DNA of 64,000 bases, from contig OX597824.1 in NCBI GenBank assembly GCA_951406725.2, forward strand, positions 13,454,001 through 13,518,000, in the 5' to 3' direction. Shown piece after piece: positions 54,069 through 64,000 of this stretch. A program made the position numbers and the translations under genes. Under the pieces are notes generated by a model. The model saw only the letters and a program-made list of their open reading frames with translations. It was not told the DNA's origin and ran no database searches. Source of the stretch: Octopus vulgaris (taxonomy: Eukaryota). Position 1 is the stretch's first letter, and each line of letters opens with the position of its first letter.

Positions 54069-55435
54069 TAACGGCCCGGGCTACCACGACTTGTTTCCGC
54101 AAAATCATGAGTAAAACTTGTGTGTTCTCAGAGATTCAGCGATGTGTGACCTTTCTTCCTAACTCTTCCATAAGGTGATTAGGCAAGGCAGCTCTGTTTT
54201 TGACTTCCCATATCTCTGCCTCGAAGGTCTTTATTCCTCTTCGGTGCCCCTTTGTAGCTCGGAACACTAACGAAAGTGTATTATTTACAGTATCATTTGC
54301 GTTGCTTAAGATAACGATTTATATTTAAGTTACTTTGTTTTCTTAATTTTAGAAAAATGTGTTTGTGTTTTTTCGATGTTGTATTCAATATGCTGCTGAA
54401 ACCTGACGCATCACAGAATGTCCCCTGTGGAAAAAATATTCTAAAACAAACACTTTTCCATCTAGACAGAGTTGGTAAATTTTACAAATTCCTCGGAGCG
54501 AGGTGAAGTCACATCTGCTTCCGAAAACGAGGAAAATGACGATAACAACAACAACAACAACAACAACATCAATAGCAACAAGAATGATAAAATAATAATA
54601 AAATAATAATTACTAAAGTTACAATGACAATTACGAACTCCAAAATCAAAATCTTCGAAATTCTGTGATTCCTTTTTGGTTTGCTTTGCTTTTATTTTTT
54701 TTAAAGAATACAATCATTGTGAGACTATGCACAAATAATTGGATTATTTCTAAGCTAAACGTAATGACGATCGTGTGAAGAAGAACAAAGCCTAGGGGAA
54801 TTTCTTTTCTTGGAAACTTGATTAATTCCTCTAGAATTCTAAAGAAAACATGGCTAAAGAAATAGGTCATTTGTAATAGAACTGCAACTCGTTTCATTGC
54901 TTTTATTTGTATCTTAAATTACAGAATTGAAACTAGATATACAATCACGGTAGCTTCTGTTGTTGATGATGATATTATTTTCTAACCCCCCACATCAGCT
55001 CTGATCACGCAGATTTATGATTAAAGGGATTGTAACTGTAATCAACCCGTTTTAGTCATATAAATATTTCGAACTAAGAATGAGCAGGTTCTACATAACC
55101 ATTTCTAAGCCTAGAGGCTGAGTTGATGTGTATTTGGCTGTAACTTCCAGCAGATTAACTGACAAGATAGAGACTCCGCTGTTTAACTCACAAAGGTGAC
55201 TGGATCACTGACAGGTGCCAAAAACAATCAACACTATATTTTTTCCCATAAATCAATGACTCGCGAATTGGATACATAGCGAAAAATATATTTATCATTT
55301 TTTTATTGTATTTTTTTCCTCACGTTTTCCCCACATCACTATATATGCGCGCACGCACACACACGCACAAATTATACATTTCAATATATATTCGCTATAT
55401 ATGTGTGTGTGGGGGGGTGTATGTGTGTGTGTTTG

Positions 55436-55559
55436 TGTATAACATATCATCAGGATTGTGACAACTCTATGTAAAAATACACAGACACACACACACACAC
55501 ATATATATATATATGTATTTTTACATAGAGTAGTCACAATCCTGATGATATGGTATACA
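55436..55559. repeat. 46-bp inverted repeat around a CA/TA microsatellite
   Basis: 55436-55481 versus 55514-55559; each arm contains CCTGATGATATG. Confidence 0.85.
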
Positions 55560-55608
55560 TACATACACATCTATCTAGCTAGGTAGCTTCTCTCTTTCCC
55601 TCTCTTAC

Positions 55609-55657
<49 letters not shown>

Positions 55658-55708
55658 CACAATACATACATTAAAACATACATACATGTTCATACACACG
55701 CACACACA

Positions 55709-55775
<67 letters not shown>

Positions 55776-55860
55776 TAGTATGTATGCATTTGTGTGTCGT
55801 TAAAATGTTCCCTGTCGAACTGAACAGCCCGGAGAATGAAATGTGAGTCAAGAGCGACTC

Positions 55861-56030
55861 TCAGTATTCACTTCCACCGCCATCTTTCAGTATGAGCATT
55901 ACGCTCGTTGCACTCCGGATGTTTGCTGATATCTCTACGAGGACGCACCACTCAGTTCCCTCACCCCGTATTTTATATCGAAGCTTCAGGGAGACGAAAT
56001 AATCCAAAGGAGTGTCGTGTGACGCTAGAT
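55861..56030 (-). mobile_element. Possible old Tc1/mariner transposase C-terminal remnant
   Basis: Translation DTPLDYFVSLKL...ILKDGGGSEY* resembles DLTPLDYF.W and the terminal GG.FE motif. Very degenerate. Confidence 0.3.
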
Positions 56031-57634
56031 AGCGTAGAACAAGAAACAGGAACTTATGAAATGCTAAAGGCTGGTTGTTTCCTGATTGTTTGTGAAGTTG
56101 TTACAAAGCAAGAGACAGATGTTGATATCATTGCACTTTTCATTATAATATTCTTAATCACCATCTGTTGTCGCAAAGAAGCTTAATGGGTGTAGCAAAA
56201 TAATATACTTTGACGAATTAGGGGGTAGTGGTTTATCAAATGCAGATAGGATTGTCCTAATATACATAATATAGTACTTATACGTCCAACTACCAAGCGC
56301 ATTACGCAGACTAGTTTCGTAAAATTCATGCGCATGTGGCATTGTGCAGAAGGCATTCTGATAATAATAAAGATGTTATGGCGAAAGTGCGGATAATTTT
56401 TGATGTTTTTTTTTATTTTTTGCTGTTGCTTTTAGTACTGTTATTGTTGCTGCTGTGCTTTTAGGACTGTTATTTTTGAAACTCAAGCGAACCTGGATCG
56501 AACGGGGTTAGAATCCAAAGTGTTGTTCTGGTGGCCATTTTATCCTCATACACGTATTCAGAGCTACATCAAACAACGTGTTGTTCCATATTTAAGGTCG
56601 TGTAAAGTGATCTGAAGTAACTTCGGCTGCTATTCCTAGCCTTTCGTGTGGTAGATAGATGCTCCATACTTTCATTGCTTATCACCAGATCAAACTTGAA
56701 CGAGGAGACTTAAGCTCGAAGAGATTTCAGTCGTAACTATATCGTCTTTAGTATTTTGGTATCGCTAAAACATTATTTCATATACATTTCTTAAAGCTGG
56801 ATATTTGGTTGCTCTTATTATTACTTGAAGGGACCACATTGAGGGAGCACATTCGCATGATAGAGTTATAAATGCTAACTATTATTACCGTTATTTATCC
56901 CTGTGTTGCCTTCATGACGCGGACCTATGATCAACATTATTCCAGCTGTTACTACCCTTTAGTTTTAGAAATAATTACGACGACATTTCCCAGTATAACC
57001 TTTACTATGCAGCCCTATGACCAAAGACATTCCAGCTGTGATCATCCCGTCGTTTTAAAAATAATTAGGCTGACATTCTCTGCGATGACTCCTTTTTTTA
57101 AAAATAGTAAGTTGTGGACTTAGAGAATTTACCTTCCTTTTTATATCAAGGAAGGGAACTTTCAGAAATCTGGTCGACTTTTCTTGTTGATATTTTCGTT
57201 GGTAGTGGTTATGGTTGTATTATGTGTGACTGTAATCATCAATACAGCACTTATCTCTGGGTCAGAGATCAGGATTGATGTAACGCAATCGGTAAGATAC
57301 CCATTCGGTTAGTAATGGATTATCGGTTCGAGTCTAACTAAATATTATATAACATTCAATATTTTTTTATCTGCACGTCACCCTCAAAGAAACAAATCTC
57401 GCCATGACTATCACAACCTACTCTCGGATATTCTATATCTAGGATTCCATTAAACAATATACCCCGCTCTCATAGAACAGTAGAGCGTAATGTTTTGAAG
57501 AATTGTCTGATGTTTCTAGAAGTTAGACGCTGCAATAAGTATGTGAATCAGAGGGAAATACCTCGAATAAAATCATAATTAAATGATTCTCTATTTTCTT
57601 TTATCCAAAGCCAGGAACTTTTCAGAAACCCGTC

Positions 57635-57665
<31 letters not shown>

Positions 57666-60088
57666 TGTATGTATGTATGTATGTATGTATGTATGTATGT
57701 ATAGGTATATGTTTGTGTATGTTTGTCCATATATATATATATATATATGTTTGTGTATGTGTGTGTGTGTGTACACAGGTGTGTATACGTTTATACACAG
57801 TTTACTACTTAGATTGTTCGCTTAGATTTAGGCGTGAAAAGCCGGTCTATAAAAGCAGGATTGAAAAAACCGGAACGGCTGGTCAGAAACATGTTTTCAA
57901 TTATCCAGACCTGGCAGGTAACTGCAACAATGTAGTCACCAGCCTTCATCAGACTGGAGATAACTGCAACTCGAGTTGTTTTATATGTTTTTGTACAAAT
58001 CTAATTCATGTTTCGCATTGGTATTATTGTTTTCATTGAAGTAATTATTACGAAACAACTTCTCACTCGTGAATACACTCACAATAGAATGCTTTCGGCA
58101 GTTGAGGATTCAATTAAGTCGGCTATAAAAGCTATCAAAGTGATATTTGCCGCTGAAATGGCAAAAGGTGGATGTTCTATTTCATATTATTATATTTTTG
58201 ATTTTTGCTTCATGTTTTACGTTTTTTCACCGAGTGATTAAATAAAAGCTGGTAAATTTGGATTTGTAGTTGGTCCTGGGAGAAAATTTTGCTCAAAGGC
58301 TACACTTTCCATTTTAAACACAGTAAAGAATGGCAACAAATATTTGGCGTGGATAACGAGCTTAATGTTAGTTTTCAATAATTCTACTCTGAATAACTCT
58401 GAACAATTGAGCTTTCAGTTAGTACATCGCGAATCGTTAAAGGAAGCAACGTAGCCCATTGCCTATAACTGGCGATAATATTGAAGCTAGACAAATTAAG
58501 TTTATGCTAATATAAAAAGTGTAGGAGGTGGCCAGAAAGTGGGGAGAGGAGAACTGTCTGGAAACAGAGAGCTGTGTTTATTGCGAGTTAAATCTTCTGT
58601 ATACTCAAAAAAGGTCAAGTACGTTCATATGAAGTTTGGTGTTTGTGCGATTATGCGTAGGTGTTGTCACTGTTTAACCACGGATTAGCTTTGATTCAGT
58701 AGGCTTATGAATAAAAAAAAAAGGTACTTCCACCCTGTTCTTTAATGTTTTCAGTTTCAGTGTACCCAGAATTACAATACCTAATGGGTCCATTTTATAA
58801 AGGAAACAGGATGTGGTTTGGGGTGTGGGATATTTGCTATTTTTAGTAGGTCAAGAGATAGCTTAAGGGCTGAAGGTGCCTATATGACTGTGTTCAAGCG
58901 GAATGCTGATTATGATATCAATGAGGATTTAAGCTAAAGCTAAGAAGAACTGAGATTGCTGTGTATATGGGAAGCAAGGAAAGAACGTACCACGTGATCA
59001 TTATTGGCGTGTTTGTGCACATATACAACCTACAACGCGTATTACTTCGTTAGAAAGTCACATAGTATGAAACTGGTAAGGTAATGCCTGATTATGAATA
59101 TAATGCCTGCAAGTGAACCGAGATATATGCTAGAAGTAGCAGCCAAATATATCCCAGTTGGCACCCAAGAAACTTAAATTAGAGAAGAGACGTTCAGATA
59201 TGTAACCCCGTATATATATGGTGTTTTTCACTAAAGCCATACTCACACAAAAACATATAGATCCGCATATATATACGCACACACACAAACACATATTCAA
59301 AATGAATGGCTTAAATAATAACATTGAAAGCTAAGTGAAAACAAAGCGTAATTATCAGAGCAACGTTAAATGAAGTATAACGAAAGTGAAAGTGTATTTG
59401 ACGCTTCGATATTAGTCCGTCTTCAAAAAGTTAGAAACCTACAAAGTGGAAGTGCAAAGGGATGGCAAAAACACATATACACGCATACGCTTACATAAGT
59501 ACACACGTAATCATATTCATATGTATGTGCACACACACAGACACATACATACCGCATATATATGAACACAAAGTGGGTGGTCTAGTAGTTAGGATACTTG
59601 GCTTAAGTCCAAAAGGTAGGGGGTTCACTTTCTGGAACGAGCAGTGTGTTGTGTTCTCGAGCCAGGTGCTTCAGTCCGCATTGTCCAGCTTATTCAATTG
59701 TAAATGTGTATCCGCCAGTTTCTAGGACAACTCTGTCTCCTTCCGATTTTGACATCCCAGATGTGCTGCTGGGCCAAGTGTAACAAAGCTGAGATAATGC
59801 CTATGACTGCTTGCAACAGCATGGACACACCCACTGATCAGGAATGAAAATCAAAGCCAGAAATGCAGAACAGATTATCGGTAATTGGTATAATAAATAA
59901 TCTCTGTACTCTACCTACTGTATTGAGTTCTTTTTCAGATAATAATTGCACTACATGAAATATATTTTTAGAAACGTAGGAATTACATTACGATATATGC
60001 ATACACACACACACGCACACACATATATATCAATTAATTGCACTAACACCTTGACTCTCTCTCCTTCTCTCTCTCTCTCTCTCTCTCT

Positions 60089-60120
<32 letters not shown>

Positions 60121-60787
60121 CATTTTATATGTGTGTCTATGTGTGTATGTCTGTGTCTGTGTGCGTGCGTGTGTGTGTAATACACGTACACTCACGTACA
60201 CCCACGCATATATTTATATATTTATTGCACTAATTAACTAGGCATTTTAAAATTGGATAGCTAAATGTAAACACGACAAATGGGCTTCATTCATTGAAAT
60301 CTAAAAATACTAAAGAGAAACTAGTCATGTCTTGTTGGTTATTTCTTCCATATTCATTGTTGTAGCTGGCTATTAACGTGTTTAATGTACTTTAGGGCTC
60401 GATGTGTGTACAGTGCCATTAATGAAATTCTACGTCAACATAGCTACATCAATGCCGCTCCGGATCTAATTCAGTTTTTGTTTACTGAGGTAGGGTTACT
60501 TCTTTACGACTTACAGAATTAAAAGTGGAAGTTCTTATGTGACATTTTGCACCAATATGCTACTTGATGGCATGGCTACGAATAATGTCCGGATGTCTTC
60601 AGATTTCTTCAGCCTCTACAAGGAAGACATCTGTTGAGGACGGGAAACGAATATTGTATTCTGAAGGCTTTCAGGAGAATGAGCAAAACTGTGCTAAAAC
60701 AACCCATAACCTGCTGGAGGTAGTAAACGGTGTGGCGTTTCATGACAATACCCCAAATTGTCAGGACTTACACACACATATAAAACC

Positions 60788-61331
60788 GGAATGAGACTGC
60801 TGGTCGCAGCAGTTTGGTCGCTGATTATTTGGCACGACTACTGAACGTTGAATCTGTTTTGGCGATGACGATAGTACCTTTTGGCACTGAAGGATACGGA
60901 TAGTGTGTGTTTATATGTATGTGTGTGTGTTTGAGAGAGAGAAGAGAGGGGGAGGCAGAGAGAGGGGAGGTAGGGGGGAGTAGGAGTAGGGAGAAAGAGG
61001 GAGAGAGAGATGGGGAGAGATTACAATTTATTAATTCAACACGATCGTCATAAATACTTTCCTTCTCCTCATACGCATATAAATAAAGGGAGAGAGAAAA
61101 GAAGGAAAGAAAGAAGGAAAGAAAGATAGAAAGGAAAGATGAAATATAGAAAAGGAGAAAGGAGAAAGAGATTAAATAACAGTAGAGAGGGCGAGACAGA
61201 GAAAGAGAGAGAGAGAGAGAACACGAAAATCATTAACACGAGAGAAACAAAAACGTCGGAAAAATCAGCATTGAATCAACGACGCCAAATAAGCCGAGCC
61301 AAAAACGGCTGTGCCAAAACGTCTCGTATCC
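60788..61331. mobile_element. Old MITE-like element with ~65-bp imperfect TIRs rich in TTTGGC/GCCAAA
   Basis: Left GGAATGAGAC...CAGCAGTTTGGTCGCTGATTATTTGGC aligns with the reverse complement of the right end, GGATACGAGAC...CAGCCGTTTTTGGCTCGGCTTATTTGGC. Confidence 0.5.
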
Positions 61332-61444
61332 ACATAACATGCACAAAATAGCGCTGTTTTGCGCTGCACTCATATTATGTTTAATAATATTGGTTTCAAA
61401 ATTTGGCACATGGCCAGAAAGTACGAGAAGAGGGAGTAAGTCGG

Positions 61445-61529
61445 GCGGAGATAAAGAATACGTACACCACCCTAACCTCTAACCTTAGCCTAACCTTAAA
61501 CACCGGGTGTAAGTATTCTTTACTTTCGC
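61445..61529. mobile_element. 85-bp hairpin element with CCTAAC-type loop, inside a SINE B
   Basis: Arms GCGGAGATAAAGAATACGTACACC / GGTGTAAGTATTCTTTACTTTCGC; AGTAAGT occurs near both ends. Confidence 0.65.
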
Positions 61530-61595
61530 AGTAAGTTAATTACAATTTATTTACCCTGAAACGATGAAAGGCAAAATGGACGTCGGTGGATTTTG

Positions 61596-61719
61596 ACCTC
61601 AGTAAACAAAAACTGAATTAGATCCGAAGCAGCTATGTTGACGTAGAAGTTCATTAATGACACTCTACATACACCGAGCCCTAAAGTACATTAAACACGT
61701 TAATAGCCAGCTACACTAA

Positions 61720-61780
<61 letters not shown>

Positions 61781-61811
61781 GAAATAATCAACAAGACACG
61801 ACTAGTTTCTC
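61596..61811 (-). repeat. Inverted copy of 60315-60491 inserted in a SINE B
   Basis: The reverse complement aligns to 60315-60491 apart from an expanded (TA)n and a short indel. Confidence 0.88.
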
Positions 61812-63063
61812 ATAACATAGAGACCGATGAAAAGCTGCCGACGTGCTAACGATTCTGCCTGTTTGTCACTTTATTATGTTGACTTATATTGAATATATAA
61901 TAGTAAAATGCATACAGCTAAATACTACACTTACATATGACCATAAATTCTATGCTCGCATGAGAAGTGAAATCGCACATTAGAAAATATATACGGAAAT
62001 ATGAACAAATTAAATAATGGTAAATTATTGTTTACTTTATAAATTTTTTATCTTTTCATTTTTTAGAATCTTCCAGAGGGTGAAATAAATAATTTTAATG
62101 GTGGGTCTCATGGGTTTACGAAAACCATTTGAAAGAAAAATGTCGATGATTGCGCGTTGGACGTTGGACACAAACCTATATTCTCTGTAAATATGACTGA
62201 TGTGGGAAATCATTGACTTCTTTCATATGTGTATGTGCAACTGTGTGTATCTATATGTGAGCCTAGCTCTATGTATTTGTGTCGGCATTTGTATACAAAT
62301 ATTATTGAAACATTCATATTGCAATTTCCAATTGATGAGATACGAATCTAATAATTATTTGATTGAATTAGAAGATATTAATCGAATACAACATCTTCTA
62401 CGTTGATGAGAAGCGGTTGCGATTTAACTTCTTAAAAATAAACATTATACAGTTTAACAAGACGACGAAATGGTAGAGTCTTGGAGCACCGAATAGAATA
62501 TTCTGCCTTGTTGGCTTCAACTTTCTACATTAAGATCTCACCGATATAAACTTTGATTTCTTCCCTCCAAGATCGATAAATAAGGTACAAATTAGCACTA
62601 CGTTTGATTCTTCTCCATATCTTTTGTCGGAGTTTTCAGTGAGAGACAAGTAAGTTCTTCACGTAGGTAAAAAAATGATATTCAACCAGATTTCTTCTAA
62701 GACTCGACGATTTACTATGCTACACGGAACATAGCAAATACAGAAGAAAAATATAATTAAAAGCTACAGGAACGTTTATATAAACTATTGAAACTAAGTG
62801 ATAGCTATAGCATATATCTGAGGTTGCAGTTTAAAACTCGTTGTAACCGTCATTGGTGTTTTGCACGTTTGCTTTCGTTGTTCGGAGCCTTATGAAATAG
62901 GCGTTCTAGCGGCACGCAATCCGTCTTTTTATAGGCGCAGGAATGGCTGTATAGTAAACAATCTTGCTGTGCAACCACTTGGTTCCAGGTTCAGTTCAAT
63001 GCTCAGGCCGACCAATATTTACTGTGTACCAATTTGGTACACAGTAAATGTTCAAGACCATCG

Positions 63064-63134
<71 letters not shown>

Positions 63135-63262
63135 CAGTATAGTGTAATTTTAGGGAACTTTTGGGTTATTCTTAGCTGGCTGTGATTACGTTGACGTCAT
63201 ATTGGGTAGTTTCTCTTCAAAAGTCATAAAATGTTGATGCGTCGGAATACGATGCATAACAA

Positions 63263-63667
63263 GAGTGGCTGTGTGGTAAGAAGCTTGCTTACGAACCACA
63301 TGGGTCCGGGTTCAGTCCCACTGTGTGGAACCTTGGGCAAGTGTCTTCTACTATAGCCTCAGGTCGACCAAAGCCTTCTAAGTGGATTTGGTAGACGGAA
63401 ACTGAAAGAAGCCCGTCGTAAATATGTATATATATATGCGTGCATATGTTTGTGTGTCTGTTTTTGTTCCACCAACATCGCTTGACAACCGATGCTGGTG
63501 TGTTTACGTGCCCGTAAGTTAGCGGTTCGGCAAAAGAGACTGATAGAACAAGTACTAGGCTTACAAGGAATAAGTCCTTGGGTCGATTTGCTTGACTAAA
63601 GGCGATGCTTCAGCATGGCCACAGTCAATGACTGAAACAAGTAAAAGAGAGTAAAAAGAGAGAGTAA
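63263..63667 (+). mobile_element. SINE family A, near full-length
   Basis: Matches the 35102 copy. Confidence 0.9.
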
Positions 63668-64000
63668 CATATGTACAGGACAATTGAATTTTGGTGAAGG
63701 GCCGTGAACCATCAAATCTCGTTCGGCACATCATGACTGGTACATATTTCACTATCCTACAATAAAGACATACAAAATAGTTCCACCATTCCATAGCAAA
63801 CCTGTTGTACTACACTTTGACAATTTTAGATATCTTGACATCAGAAGGAGCTGGAGATACGATAGTATGACGAAAAGAAACGGCCATTGCAAGCAAAAAA
63901 CGCATTTGGCCGAATTTAGACATACGACAGTTTAACATAGTAGCAACAATGTGTGTGTGTGTTTGTGAGTGTGTGTGTGTGTGTGAGTGTGTGTGTGTGT

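Noticed and set aside
61468-61500. Interstitial telomere
   Set aside because: Only a few degenerate units, enclosed in a hairpin element.
60315-61811. 1.5-kb DNA transposon with 177-bp TIRs
   Set aside because: No TSD, and the right arm lies within a SINE whose halves continue on both sides of it.

Overview
AT-rich, microsatellite-saturated eukaryotic DNA that is intronic or intergenic. The repeat landscape (tRNA-derived SINEs, RTE/CR1/R4 LINE 3' ends, huge (TA)n/(TATG)n/(AAT)n tracts) suggests a coleoid cephalopod such as Octopus; this is inference. There is no intact protein-coding gene, and nearly all listed ORFs are microsatellite or SINE read-through. Supported content: three abundant SINE families (here called A, B, C), a ~550-bp (AAT)n-flanked non-coding repeat (D), a decayed Tc1/mariner (maT-like) transposon with TIRs, a non-autonomous Helitron, 3' fragments of CR1-group, RTE and R4/Dong LINEs, several palindromes, and one good candidate 31-nt micro-exon. 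Most interesting: (1) an intact tRNA-Asp(GTC) fused to a CR1-type LINE 3' tail whose LINE partner is in the same window; (2) minimal Penelope-type hammerhead ribozyme motifs, including a palindrome with one in each arm and a family with a non-canonical core; (3) repeated joining of SINE B units at one fixed site; (4) a covarying 3' RNA structure shared by two LINEs and their passengers; (5) apparent locally templated insertions. All alignments were done by eye, so boundaries of degenerate copies are approximate.
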